From: a virus
IMG/VR virus record: IMGVR_UViG_3300032323_001800
Coordinates: 123,930 to 187,929 of that record
DNA length: 64,000 bases
Strand: one strand, 5' to 3'
Shown: positions 45,218 to 55,398 of the stretch, in pieces
How the letters are laid out: every line of letters starts with the position of its first letter
Position numbering within the stretch: the first letter of the stretch is position 1
The notes under the pieces: generated by a model
Told to the model about the DNA's origin: nothing
What the model saw: only the letters and a program-made list of their open reading frames with translations
Databases searched by the model: none
Program-made: the position numbers and the translations under genes

Positions 45218-45998
45218 AGAACTACAAGACGAATATGTTAATATGTTAGCTCGCGGCTCGAAAAGTGTTTCTATATCTTACGAGCAATTCGACTATAGCG
45301 CATCAACCGAACCTTTAGTGTTGCGAGGAATTTTAAAAAAGAAATTAATGAAACAATGCTGGCAAGATGGCAGAGACTTTTATTATATTGATACCGGATA
45401 TTTTGGTAATGAACGCACAGCTACTAACCCAAACGGATGGAAGTATTGGCATAGAATTGTAAAAAATGATCTACAACACAGCGAAATTATTCCACGGCCC
45501 GATGATAGATTTCGTAAATTTAACAAATCTATTAACAGTTGGAAGAAGCAAGGCCGTAAAATTTTAATAGCTGCTCCTGACGAAAAACCCTGTAAATTTT
45601 ATGGTATTGATCAGCAGCAATGGGTTCTTGAAACTGTGGCGACAATTAAACAATATACTGATCGTCCTGTTGAAATTAGAGAACGAGCTAAAAATAGAAT
45701 AGATCGAATTAAACATTCAACATTACAAGAAGCATTAGATGATGATGTCTTTGCTCTAGTGACCTACAACAGTGTGGCTGCTACTGAGTCAATATTTTAT
45801 GGTATACCAGCTTTTACACTGGCTCCTAGCAACGCAGCTAGTCCTGTTTCTAAACAGGATTTAAGTCAAATTGATACCCCATATTATCCCGATAAAGATA
45901 AAGTATATCAGTGGGCTTGCCATCTAGCCTATGGACAATTTCATGTCAATGAAATGAAAGACGGATCAGCAATGAACATATTAGAAGGACACGTATGA
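45201..45998 (+). CDS. Putative GT-B/capsule-biosynthesis-like glycosyltransferase
   Basis: YYIDTGYF, YTDRPVEIRER, ALVTYNSVAATESIFYGIPAF; paralogous to 46656-47597. Confidence 0.5.
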   Translation: MIFLSKELQDEYVNMLARGSKSVSISYEQFDYSASTEPLVLRGILKKKLMKQCWQDGRDFYYIDTGYFGNERTATNPNGWKYWHRIVKNDLQHSEIIPRPDDRFRKFNKSINSWKKQGRKILIAAPDEKPCKFYGIDQQQWVLETVATIKQYTDRPVEIRERAKNRIDRIKHSTLQEALDDDVFALVTYNSVAATESIFYGIPAFTLAPSNAASPVSKQDLSQIDTPYYPDKDKVYQWACHLAYGQFHVNEMKDGSAMNILEGHV

Positions 45999-46684
45999 AA
46001 TTACATTTTATAACTAGTATTTCAAAAGAATACTGGTATGCAACAGCAAAACGTTGTATCAGTACATGGAACTTACCAGGAGAAGTTACAATCTTTATCG
46101 ATCAGCAATATGGTGATTTAGATTGGATCTCTGAAGTCCCCTTTCATAAACATCTATTATCTGTGCCCAACTTAAAAGTAGATAATTTTTCTAGCACTGC
46201 TAAGGTTAGAAAATTTTGGGGTAAGACTTGCGCACAGATAGTAGCAGTAAGAAATCGAGACGTTGATGAACGAGTTATTTGGATCGATTCAGATGTGGAA
46301 CAATTAAAACCTATTTCTGAAGAGTTGTTTAATTTTGATTTTGACGCTCCGGTCGCTATAATGAATAGTCAGCAATCAGAAGACACTTGGGAAACTGGAT
46401 TAGTTATTTTTAATCAGCAGAATGGAAAAATTAATCAGTTTATGAAAAAGTATGAGCGTAATTGGAATGATGAAGACACACTGACATCTTTGTGGAAACC
46501 ATATGATGCTCCGGTATTGGGTTATACTGCTGAGGATCGAGGATTTGAAAACTTATGTACAAGCCGGTGTTCAAACGCAGACGCATTAGAACATACAAGA
46601 TATGCAGGATATCTAAAACACTGGATTAACAAAGATAACAAACAGAAACTGCAAGATGAAAAAAATTGTAGCGATTTATCATAA
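45995..46684 (+). CDS. Nucleotide-diphospho-sugar transferase-like protein (GT-A)
   Basis: FITS.S..Y, KFWGK, VIWIDSD (DxD), ETGLV.FN, YD..V; paralogous to 51857-52669. Confidence 0.6.
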   Translation: MKLHFITSISKEYWYATAKRCISTWNLPGEVTIFIDQQYGDLDWISEVPFHKHLLSVPNLKVDNFSSTAKVRKFWGKTCAQIVAVRNRDVDERVIWIDSDVEQLKPISEELFNFDFDAPVAIMNSQQSEDTWETGLVIFNQQNGKINQFMKKYERNWNDEDTLTSLWKPYDAPVLGYTAEDRGFENLCTSRCSNADALEHTRYAGYLKHWINKDNKQKLQDEKNCSDLS

Positions 46685-47597
46685 TACTGTTCCTAATGCC
46701 AAGAATCAAGAAAAGTTAGATCTTTTACGATTCTTTTCTCATGGCGTTCGTGCAGTAGGAGATGACGCTATTGATGTTAACGATCATCAATATCGATCTA
46801 CAGATATTGGTGTTATACAAGGTTGGATAAACATTGGTTCTAAGACGGGCAAGCATTTAGATCTAAGAAACACAGTTATTAATGAACAGATCAAAAATAA
46901 AAAATATGTAGTAGTTGCTGACAGTAATTTATTTTTATATTCTAATACAGATAATCCCTTACACTATCTACGATATAGTTTTAACGGTGTGTTTCCTGAC
47001 ACAGGCATATACTGTGATACAATAATAGACCCTAATCGATGGAAAAAAATTAGCACTGATCTTAATATACCTTTAAAAGATTATAGAGCTGGCGGCAGTC
47101 ATATTTTACTTTGCTTACAGCGTAACGGTGGGTGGAGTATGAAAGATTATGATGTTCAAGAATGGGCTCTAGCAACTATTAAAGAAATTAGAAAGTATTC
47201 TGATCGTCCAATAATTATACGAGGACATCCCGGTGACAAAGCTGCTAAAGAATACCTAGATCCTCGCAGTACTAAATGTAGATTAAAAAATCTACATAAT
47301 GTTAGCTTTAGTGATTTTAACAGATCGTTATTGCAAGATCTCAAAAATGCGTGGGCGGTAGTAAATCACAATTCTAGTCCCGTAGTAGGTGCTGCTATAG
47401 AGGGCTATCCAATATTTGTTACAGATCCTATTAGAAGCCAATGTAGGGAAATTGCCAACACAGATTTATCAAAAATAGAAACTCCAAATACACCCAATAG
47501 GCAGTCTTGGGTCGAAAGATTATCCATGTTCCATTGGAAGTTTGACGAATTAAAAAGTGGCGAGTGCTGGCAGCACATGCGTCAATTTATAAAATAA
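46656..47597 (+). CDS. Putative GT-B glycosyltransferase resembling capsule KpsC/KpsS-type domains
   Basis: ILLCLQR...RPIIIRGHPGD...AWAVVNHNSSPVVGAAIEGYPIFV matches the x-H-P and NSS-G-EA-G-P patterns of KpsC/KpsS-type domains. Confidence 0.5.
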   Translation: MKKIVAIYHNTVPNAKNQEKLDLLRFFSHGVRAVGDDAIDVNDHQYRSTDIGVIQGWINIGSKTGKHLDLRNTVINEQIKNKKYVVVADSNLFLYSNTDNPLHYLRYSFNGVFPDTGIYCDTIIDPNRWKKISTDLNIPLKDYRAGGSHILLCLQRNGGWSMKDYDVQEWALATIKEIRKYSDRPIIIRGHPGDKAAKEYLDPRSTKCRLKNLHNVSFSDFNRSLLQDLKNAWAVVNHNSSPVVGAAIEGYPIFVTDPIRSQCREIANTDLSKIETPNTPNRQSWVERLSMFHWKFDELKSGECWQHMRQFIK

Positions 47598-48408
47598 AGT
47601 TCTTCAACTCTGTAAGTTGGATATCGTAATTTGAAATTGAAAAATCAATTTCTTTTCTAGTATCAATGAGTATCTTATTAACTGGTTTTGGTGCTGTTGT
47701 TTTTATAATTTTTTTATTTAAATTATATACACTATTAATTTTACACAAGAGATCGTATTTGTTAATTTTGTTATCGTTATTAACTAAATGATATATTCCT
47801 GAAATTTTAGGATCTAATACAAATGTATTGATACATTTAGCTAATTCTAAAGTAGTAATACCATTCCACCAAGCGTTGTCCCAACCTTGTAATTCTTGTT
47901 GAGGATTAGTTGAAATCCAATTAAACAACCCAGTGCCATTTGTTTTTATTTCTGGACCAATTATACTCATTCTAAATGTAATATCTTTAGAATTATTAAC
48001 TTCACCGTTTGACTTCGAACTACCGTAGGCGTTCATTTCAGTATGGATGTCATTTTCGACATACTCACCTTTCTTGCCATCGAATACACAATCTGTGGAC
48101 AGATGTATTAGTCGAGTACTAGAATCTTTAAGATTGTATTCTAGATAATGTGGAAACCAAGAGTTAATAATTGCTGCTCTATCGGGTCTATCAATGCTAT
48201 CTTTAACCAATAATCCAATACAGTTAATAACAAAATCATAATCTGTTAACATTGTAAAAAATGAATCGTTGTGGCTAATTTTTTCAATATCTATATTGAT
48301 ATTAGAATTTGATCTAGCTGAAGTAGTAACTATATGACCTTGCTGTTTAAGATATCGGGTGATAACATGGCCTGCCATTCCATTGGCGCCAATTACTAAA
48401 ACTTTCAT
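47587..48408 (-). CDS. RmlD-like NDP-4-keto-6-deoxyhexose reductase (SDR)
   Basis: VLVIGANGMAG, VINCIG, IHLSTDCVFDG..G.Y.E, YGSSK, R.SIIGPE, WNGIT. Confidence 0.85.
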   Translation of the reverse strand: MKVLVIGANGMAGHVITRYLKQQGHIVTTSARSNSNINIDIEKISHNDSFFTMLTDYDFVINCIGLLVKDSIDRPDRAAIINSWFPHYLEYNLKDSSTRLIHLSTDCVFDGKKGEYVENDIHTEMNAYGSSKSNGEVNNSKDITFRMSIIGPEIKTNGTGLFNWISTNPQQELQGWDNAWWNGITTLELAKCINTFVLDPKISGIYHLVNNDNKINKYDLLCKINSVYNLNKKIIKTTAPKPVNKILIDTRKEIDFSISNYDIQLTELKNFIL

Positions 48409-49385
48409 ATAAACTTACCTTTCTTAAGCATTTCTTTAATTTCTTGTTTGATCATTATTTTAGTTACAGACGAAAATTCGTTGTAAGGGAATGGAGCATG
48501 ATCTTGATACCGAGTTGCTAATGCCTGATTATACCCGGCCGGTAATGTTAAGAAATAATTATTGTCATAGCAGAATGACAATTGTGATTCATGATGCGAA
48601 ATTAACATTTCATCTAGCTTTTCGCCTGGACGCATTCCGGTTTCTTTGACTTCCACAACACCGTACTCGTCCATTAATACTTCTGCAAGATCTTTAATAT
48701 AACATGCAGGCATGTTCATTACAAACGTTTCACCACCTATGCTGTCAATACTTGCTTTGAATAGTAGCTCAATCGCTTCTTCTAAAGTTAAAAAGAAACG
48801 AGTCATTTTTACATCAGTAATTGTAATCGGACCACCTGCTTTAATCTGCTCAATAAAGAATGGAATAACTGAACCGCTAGATCCCATTACATTACCACCG
48901 CGGATACAAACAAACTTAGTGTAATCACTTAGGTCATTTGCTTGAACAATAATCTTTTCGCCTACTGCTTTTGTCATGCCATATAAGTTAATTGGTTCGA
49001 CTGCTTTATCTGACGAAACATCAATTACTTTCTTTACACGATTTTCAATGGCAGCATTAACAATATTAGTAGTACCATTGATGTTTGTCTTAATAGTTTC
49101 TTGAACATTTTCTTCGCACACGGGTACGTGCTTGAGAGCAGCAAGATGGAAAATATAATCAACGTCCCTAGTTGCTTGTTTAACTGCATCGTAATCTCTA
49201 ATGTCGCCAATTATAAATTTAAGTTTAGGATTTTTAAACTTTCTTTTCATCAACACCTGTTGCAATTCGCCTCGTGAAAAACATATAATTTCTTTAACAT
49301 TATATTTGGCGAGTAACATAGTAATCAGTGTTTGCCCCCAAGAGCCAGTTGCACCGCTTACAAAAATTCTTGTACCATTAAACAT
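48405..49385 (-). CDS. UDP-N-acetylglucosamine 4,6-dehydratase (PseB/FlaA1/CapE-like)
   Basis: GATGSWG, FSRGE..Q, GDIRD, HLAALKHVP.CE, SSDKAVEP.NLYG.TK, GNVMGS.GSVIP, TRFF, G.RPGEKL.E. Confidence 0.92.
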   Translation of the reverse strand: MFNGTRIFVSGATGSWGQTLITMLLAKYNVKEIICFSRGELQQVLMKRKFKNPKLKFIIGDIRDYDAVKQATRDVDYIFHLAALKHVPVCEENVQETIKTNINGTTNIVNAAIENRVKKVIDVSSDKAVEPINLYGMTKAVGEKIIVQANDLSDYTKFVCIRGGNVMGSSGSVIPFFIEQIKAGGPITITDVKMTRFFLTLEEAIELLFKASIDSIGGETFVMNMPACYIKDLAEVLMDEYGVVEVKETGMRPGEKLDEMLISHHESQLSFCYDNNYFLTLPAGYNQALATRYQDHAPFPYNEFSSVTKIMIKQEIKEMLKKGKFI

Positions 49386-49938
49386 TTTCTTTCCTTAAAA
49401 TTTCTATTATTTCTTCATCTGAATACAACTTAACACCGTTAATAAATTCAACAAACTCGTTGTAAGAAATTGCAGAGTATTCACTTGGCGGTTCTATACT
49501 AGCTGCGGGCATTCTCACGAACGTAAGTCCAAAATTGTTATTCATAGCATAAATTTCAAAATTAGTTTCTTTGATTAGATACTGTAATACTCGGAACGAG
49601 TCCGAACAAAATTGGGGTTGAATATATTTGACTGACGGGGGAATCATGTCGTGGATTAAAATCCACTTATCTGCATATTTTACAGCATTATTAAAATCTC
49701 TAATAACATAGTCATAATCGTGATTAGCATCAATGAAGATAATATCAAATCTTTCCGATGCGCTTAACTGATCAAAATATTCATCAGTTGTTCCGGTGAA
49801 CATAGCATTACCGTTCATATCTACAGAAAATTTATTCTTACATTTTATATTATCAAAGTTAACGTTGTCGAATATGCCTAGTTCTAGATATGAATAATCT
49901 TCGATACTGTCTATGTTATTAATTATAATGCTGCTCAT
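49378..49938 (-). CDS. Class I SAM-dependent methyltransferase-like protein
   Basis: YLELGI, FDIIFIDANHDY..V..DF, WILIHD..P. Confidence 0.78.
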   Translation of the reverse strand: MSSIIINNIDSIEDYSYLELGIFDNVNFDNIKCKNKFSVDMNGNAMFTGTTDEYFDQLSASERFDIIFIDANHDYDYVIRDFNNAVKYADKWILIHDMIPPSVKYIQPQFCSDSFRVLQYLIKETNFEIYAMNNNFGLTFVRMPAASIEPPSEYSAISYNEFVEFINGVKLYSDEEIIEILRKENV

Positions 49939-50594
49939 CGCTTAGGTCCTTGTACATATTTTCTAGATTTGCTAGGTTGTGCTATGGTGTGTTCCCATGT
50001 TAAAAATGAGGTAGGTATTTCCCTGCCTAAGTCGTAATCTAACGGTACTTCATCAATTTTTCGTTTGACCCAAGCAGCCGATGGTTTTGCCAACGGACTG
50101 TATAATGGATTTTCGGTATCGATCCATTTGTTCATAAAATGTGGTTTAGATAAGTTGTAGTTCCATGATGAAGCACTCTTTGTATATTCTACTTCTTCGG
50201 TAATATACATTGAAATATTTGCTTCTTTTAATCGAATATACATATCTTCGTCTTCGTATCCACCGCCTACAAATCGTTCATCCATCATACCTATCTGTCG
50301 CATTAGTTGTTTCTTAAATCCAAAAAATCCAAATCTATACAATCCAACTAACCCGTACCCTTTATTAATAAGATCGACTATTTTTTTAACGTGATCTGCA
50401 GTTGGTAATACTTTGTAAGACATCAGTATAACTATTTCCGTAGGACACGATTCTACACAGGTATTAACTAATTTGGAAAAAGATGGATAGTTTGTACCGT
50501 CAAAATAATGCAATTTTTCTGGTTCTAAACTTTTTGAAATAGATTCAAAAAGTTGTGGCTTATTTGAAATTAAGTAACAGGTGTAATTAGACAT
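49935..50594 (-). CDS. Glycosyltransferase (GT2/GT7 C-terminal-like)
   Basis: IGMMDERFVGGGYEDED...RL motif. Confidence 0.7.
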   Translation of the reverse strand: MSNYTCYLISNKPQLFESISKSLEPEKLHYFDGTNYPSFSKLVNTCVESCPTEIVILMSYKVLPTADHVKKIVDLINKGYGLVGLYRFGFFGFKKQLMRQIGMMDERFVGGGYEDEDMYIRLKEANISMYITEEVEYTKSASSWNYNLSKPHFMNKWIDTENPLYSPLAKPSAAWVKRKIDEVPLDYDLGREIPTSFLTWEHTIAQPSKSRKYVQGPKR

Positions 50595-51180
50595 GATTAT
50601 GCTTTTTAAATTTTAATTTACATTTAATAAGTTTTTTTTGATTCGGAAAATTTTTAGTTTCGACTATCTCGAAAATATCTTGTATCTGTTCTTCTAAATA
50701 TTTTGAATTAATATCAAAAATCATAACACTATTTTCAGTAGTATGATCTTTTAACAAATCTAGGTATGTATTTAAAGGGTAGTGAAATCCGCAGCTAACA
50801 TTAGAATAAACTAAATCAAATTTTATATCGGAAGAAATTTTAATATCGTTGGCATTTATAAAAGTATATTTTAATTCTCTTTCATTGAAATATTTTTGTA
50901 AATCTTCAATTTTAGAATAAAACGCCATTGTTTCTGTAGATCCAAACTTTCTATCTCTGATAGCATTTTTTGAATCTGCAAAATCGCCGTCTAGGAGATG
51001 TAAGCTACAATTATATTTTTTTTGAAACATTTCGCTTTCAAATGCTAAACCACAACCGATATCTAAAATATGTTTAGGAGGATCGACTAAAAATGAATCT
51101 AACAAATCAAAACTTATTTTTTTATCTAAAATATATTCATTGCTTTTCCATATACCGTTGATCCACTGTGTTTCATTCAT
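50587..51180 (-). CDS. Class I SAM-dependent methyltransferase
   Basis: ILDIGCGL, KFDLVYS..SCGFHYP...Y; very AT-rich DNA. Confidence 0.78.
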   Translation of the reverse strand: MNETQWINGIWKSNEYILDKKISFDLLDSFLVDPPKHILDIGCGLAFESEMFQKKYNCSLHLLDGDFADSKNAIRDRKFGSTETMAFYSKIEDLQKYFNERELKYTFINANDIKISSDIKFDLVYSNVSCGFHYPLNTYLDLLKDHTTENSVMIFDINSKYLEEQIQDIFEIVETKNFPNQKKLIKCKLKFKKHNHV

Positions 51181-51860
51181 TTATAAGTCTCCCAAAACTT
51201 TTTTGCAGATGTTAAACTTTTTTTACCATCTTGCTTTGTTATAGCAATTCCCATTACATAACTATGTATTTCAATTCTAACATGATGTTGATTAATAGCA
51301 TTGTCGGCTGGCAAATAAGTTTTACTATATGTTTTTAATAATTTTTTTGCAGCATGTGGTTTAATGGCATATCCACAACATCCCGGCATAGAACTTTGAT
51401 AATATCCAGCCGCTATAGGTTCGCCTTCGGGAGAATCTAGATATTGCCTATACTTTGCAGTTTTTTTAGGATGTCCTAACGCAACCACTAAGACGTCTTC
51501 CCACTCGACAGGAATATATGGTCTTGTTAAAACTATATCATCTTCCCAGATTATAATTGGTTCGTTTAACTCGACACATTTTTGCCATAATTTATAATGA
51601 CTATAAAAACATCCCTGAATTCCGGGACTATAGTGCAATGTTGGATCAGGTTCTTGAATAATTCCGTCTGAGGGAGGACCTTTGATGCCCCATGGATGCA
51701 TAGTTCTTCCTTCGTCCTTCATCATCTTTGTAGCATCGTTACCATAAGTACCTTCAAATAATTCTACTTCCGCACCAAACTCAACTAATTGATTTTTTAA
51801 CTTAGTAGCTGTATCGAGTGATGCTTCAATTTTAGAAAGACAAATAATAAAATTTTTCAT
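51177..51860 (-). CDS. Glycosyltransferase family 25-like (LPS-type)
   Basis: Start MKNFII at 51860 (ATGA overlap). FIICL, GCFYSHY.LW..C, IIWEDD, GY.I.P.AAKKLL, PAD. Confidence 0.82.
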   Translation of the reverse strand: MKNFIICLSKIEASLDTATKLKNQLVEFGAEVELFEGTYGNDATKMMKDEGRTMHPWGIKGPPSDGIIQEPDPTLHYSPGIQGCFYSHYKLWQKCVELNEPIIIWEDDIVLTRPYIPVEWEDVLVVALGHPKKTAKYRQYLDSPEGEPIAAGYYQSSMPGCCGYAIKPHAAKKLLKTYSKTYLPADNAINQHHVRIEIHSYVMGIAITKQDGKKSLTSAKKFWETYK

Positions 51861-52669
51861 TGCCAATACGCCTCGGTACGTTTAATTTTTAGATCAGATA
51901 GTTTGCTGCGGCCAATAGTTTTTCTATCACCTTTTAAGTGATCGAGGTATGCGCCCCACTTGCTGTTAATTAGCGGATGTCCTTCTCCGCTAATTAAATG
52001 TCCGCTCCAATCTAATTCATTTAGTGCAGTTTGCTTGCGGACAACATCAAAAATAAAGCTGTCATGCCACTCGTCTTGTTTAAAAATTCCATTTTCGGCA
52101 TCGTCGTACATCTGTTGAAATCTTTTAAGGAACACTTGTACAGCAGGGCTTTTTAAGTTCATAGCATAAAGACCACATTCAGTGTATTTGCCGTTCCTAC
52201 CAAGAAAGCATAAATCTTTGTCAGCAGGTATTAATTTTTCTAAATTTTCCAACGAAATTGGACTATGACAAATAGTATCGGCATCCATCCAAATTAACAC
52301 ATCGGCATCTGTAGTTTGCGCACAGTGTAGAATGGCATATACTTTATGACTAAATCGTACCGCATCCCATTTGAACGGTTTGTGGCTGTCTTTTCTAGCA
52401 GCCAATCTTGGAAATGAAGAAATGTCACCGTTGGCATGTGGCACATTTTTCCAGCGTTCTTTAAATGCTTTTAGATCGGGCACCCCGGTTTCAACATCAG
52501 TTAGAGTGATTCTAGAATGATCCAAAATTTTAGGATTACAATTTTCAGGGTATAGATGTAGTGTTACTTCTTTAGGCCAATTTTGTAAATATGTGTCTAT
52601 CATGCGCTGACCATATTTTTTTAAACCTGCGTCATGAAACGTAGTAACAACTGCGAATTTTCTACTCAT
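51857..52669 (-). CDS. Nucleotide-diphospho-sugar transferase-like protein (GT-A)
   Basis: VVTTF...G...YG.RM, WDAVRFSHKVYA, IWMDAD (DxD), TECGLYA.N, EWHDSF.FD, LDHLKG.RK. Confidence 0.72.
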   Translation of the reverse strand: MSRKFAVVTTFHDAGLKKYGQRMIDTYLQNWPKEVTLHLYPENCNPKILDHSRITLTDVETGVPDLKAFKERWKNVPHANGDISSFPRLAARKDSHKPFKWDAVRFSHKVYAILHCAQTTDADVLIWMDADTICHSPISLENLEKLIPADKDLCFLGRNGKYTECGLYAMNLKSPAVQVFLKRFQQMYDDAENGIFKQDEWHDSFIFDVVRKQTALNELDWSGHLISGEGHPLINSKWGAYLDHLKGDRKTIGRSKLSDLKIKRTEAYWQ

Positions 52670-52693
52670 GCCAATCCTTTAATAGTGTCTGTT

Positions 52694-52699
52694 TATTTA
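52694..52699 (-). promoter_or_regulatory. TAAATA late-type promoter, leadered, minus arm of the glycan island
   Basis: Minus strand reads AATAAATAAACAGACACTATTAAAGGATTGGC-ATG(52669), with an AAGGA SD. Confidence 0.5.
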
Positions 52700-52725
52700 T
52701 TAGGTCAAGATTGACCTAGAAAAGT

Positions 52726-52754
52726 TTGACTTTCAAATATGTTCCTGTTATTAT
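52726..52754 (+). promoter_or_regulatory. Sigma70-type promoter, putatively leaderless
   Basis: TTGACT-17-TATTAT-N6-ATG(52761). Confidence 0.65.
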
Positions 52755-52760
52755 AGTTAC

Positions 52761-53954
52761 ATGCTATCATCAGTTTATACCGAAGACATTTTTTTAGAAT
52801 TTTACTATCTCGTTGATAGGAACATCATTTCGGTTGAACATCGAGATGTAGAACCAATTGAGAGTTTTTATAATACAATTAATACTGGCAAACAACTGAC
52901 CAGAAGTCAGTCAAACTTCATTATTCGTATTTTGTCAAAATATATTCACAACATCGACAATAAAATTGACGGAGTTAAAGAAACTATCGAAAATCCTAAA
53001 TGGAAGAATTCGTTTAGAGAAATTGACAACACTCGTAGTTTATCGTTGCATGTTGATGAGAATCATGTAAAATACCTGTTGGTTAAATTTCCATTTGCGT
53101 TCAAAGATACGTATGCTAAAGAATTTACAGGCGGTTCAAGAAATCTCAGTGCTTGGGATGTAGAACTTAAAGTTCAAAAAATAAAACTACTTGATGTAAA
53201 TTTAGTATCGTTTGTTGATCTTGCTAGAAAATATAAATTTGAAATAGACAGTACTGTAATTGATGCTGTAGATACTGTTGAAGAGTATTGGAACGATCAA
53301 CTAGATTATATTCCGCACAGCGTAGTTGAAGAACAGTTAGTGCAATTAAAAAATGCTACAGAATCTAGTATCAATTATTTTGAAAAACATAAAACAGGCA
53401 ACATTAATCAAGATTTATTTTTAGCAAAGACTCTAGGTTATACAGCACACAACAGAGAACCTATTACATTTATTGATCGAATAGTTACCAGCGATGAAAA
53501 TAAATTTTGGATCAAAACAACAGAATCTCTCTTAACCGTATTAAAAAATATCAATAACTGGCCGGTGGTTATTGTTTTAGATCGAGCCACTGATACCATC
53601 GATTGGTGCAATCAATTTATTAATACGCTAACCGAAACAGGAAATCAAGACATTAAAACTAAAATTTGTTTTAGATATCCCAGCGCCGACACCAAAGGAG
53701 CTGCGTTTAATCAATGGATCAAAGATAGTGGCTTTGGCGCTGATATGAAAGAAGGCCAAGTTTTTATATGCAATCACAAGCTACCTAAGTGGATGCTCAA
53801 AGACGAGTTTGATGTTAAAATAGTAATCAGTAACGGAATATTTCCCAGCACTAATACTACTACAGAATCATTGATTGATTCTCACCATACAGTATTTTTT
53901 CTAGGCGACATAAAGCCATCTGAAAAAAGGAAAAAGAAAATTGTCGAGTTGTAA
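52761..53954 (+). CDS. Hypothetical protein (397 aa) upstream of UvsW
   Basis: Long ORF overlapping the helicase start; no motif recognised. Confidence 0.65.
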   Translation: MLSSVYTEDIFLEFYYLVDRNIISVEHRDVEPIESFYNTINTGKQLTRSQSNFIIRILSKYIHNIDNKIDGVKETIENPKWKNSFREIDNTRSLSLHVDENHVKYLLVKFPFAFKDTYAKEFTGGSRNLSAWDVELKVQKIKLLDVNLVSFVDLARKYKFEIDSTVIDAVDTVEEYWNDQLDYIPHSVVEEQLVQLKNATESSINYFEKHKTGNINQDLFLAKTLGYTAHNREPITFIDRIVTSDENKFWIKTTESLLTVLKNINNWPVVIVLDRATDTIDWCNQFINTLTETGNQDIKTKICFRYPSADTKGAAFNQWIKDSGFGADMKEGQVFICNHKLPKWMLKDEFDVKIVISNGIFPSTNTTTESLIDSHHTVFFLGDIKPSEKRKKKIVEL

Positions 53955-55398
53955 ATTAATAATAAAAGACGAAGTCAATATTAAACTTGAAGGGTTGGAT
54001 TTAGAAACTCGTCGTAAGCTAGCCAATAAATTTAAATTTGATGTGCCGTGGGCAAGATATCAACCAGCATATCGATTAGGTCGATGGGACGGCACAGTTA
54101 ATTTTTTCAGTATAGGCGGTACAGGCTACATGTGCCACTTAGAAGAGATACTTGATATTGTAACCAGAGACGGGTACGAAATTGAAGTAGAAGATTTTAG
54201 AAACCCTATCAATTTACAATTTAATAAAGTAGAAGATACATATTGGGCAGATCAAGGAAAGGTGTGGCCCAAGGGGCATATCATGGCAGGACAGCCTATC
54301 ATGTTGCGAGATTATCAATATGAAGCCATCAATAAGTTCTTAGAAAATCCTCAATGCTTACAGGAAATTGCTACGGGCGCAGGTAAAACTATTACTACAG
54401 CTACACTGAGTCATTGTGTAGAAAAATACGGACGAAGTGTAATTATTGTACCTAACAAGTCGTTGGTTGAACAAACAGAAGAGGACTTTGTTAATCTAGG
54501 TTTAGATGTAGGTGTGTATTATGGTGATCGAAAAGAACTAGGCAAAACACACACTATCTGTACATGGCAAAGTCTCAATGTTATGGATAAAAAATCTAAA
54601 GACAACACAGAGTTATTAACCTTGGCGGAATTCTTTGAAGGGGTAGTAGCTGTGATTGTTGACGAAGTTCATCAAGCCAAAGCCGATGTGTTAAGATCTA
54701 TACTTACACAAAACTTAGCTAAATGCCCTATACGTTGGGGACTAACTGGAACTATACCTAAAGAAAAGTTTGAATTTCAAAGCATTCTAGCAAGTTTGGG
54801 TCCTGTCATTAACAGGATTACAGCACACGATCTTCAACAAAAAGATGTGTTGGCACAATGTCATGTTAATGTGTTACAGACTATCGAAATTAAAGAATTC
54901 CGTAGTTACCCAGAAGAATTAAAATATCTTACCACAGACCCTGATAGAATTGATTGGCTAGCTAAACAAATTCAAACTATTGCTAACACAGGAAACACAT
55001 TAGTATTAATCGATAGAATTGAAACCGGTAAGATGTTAATTGAAAGACTACCAGATGCCGACTTTGTTAGTGGTGCGGTAAAATCAACTGATAGAAAAGA
55101 AACTTATGACGAAATTAAAACAGCTGATAATAACATTATTGTGGCGACTTATGGTGTGGCCGCTGTGGGTATTAATATTCCTAGGATCTTTAATTTGGTT
55201 CTTATGGAACCCGGAAAGAGCTTTGTCCGTGTTATACAATCTATTGGACGAGGTGTTAGGAAAGCGGAAGACAAAGACTTCGTCCAAATCTGGGATGTAA
55301 CAGGTGGCACAAAATATGCCAAGCGACATTTAACAGAACGGAAAAAGTTTTACAAGGATGCCAAGTATCCTTTTAATATAACCAAGGTAACTATATGA
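53941..55398 (+). CDS. uvsW: Superfamily 2 DNA helicase (UvsW-like)
   Basis: LRDYQ, ATGAGKT, VPNKSLVEQ, TWQS, IVDEVH, GLTGT, VATYG..AVGINIP, IQSIGRG.R. Confidence 0.92.
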   Translation: MSSCKLIIKDEVNIKLEGLDLETRRKLANKFKFDVPWARYQPAYRLGRWDGTVNFFSIGGTGYMCHLEEILDIVTRDGYEIEVEDFRNPINLQFNKVEDTYWADQGKVWPKGHIMAGQPIMLRDYQYEAINKFLENPQCLQEIATGAGKTITTATLSHCVEKYGRSVIIVPNKSLVEQTEEDFVNLGLDVGVYYGDRKELGKTHTICTWQSLNVMDKKSKDNTELLTLAEFFEGVVAVIVDEVHQAKADVLRSILTQNLAKCPIRWGLTGTIPKEKFEFQSILASLGPVINRITAHDLQQKDVLAQCHVNVLQTIEIKEFRSYPEELKYLTTDPDRIDWLAKQIQTIANTGNTLVLIDRIETGKMLIERLPDADFVSGAVKSTDRKETYDEIKTADNNIIVATYGVAAVGINIPRIFNLVLMEPGKSFVRVIQSIGRGVRKAEDKDFVQIWDVTGGTKYAKRHLTERKKFYKDAKYPFNITKVTI

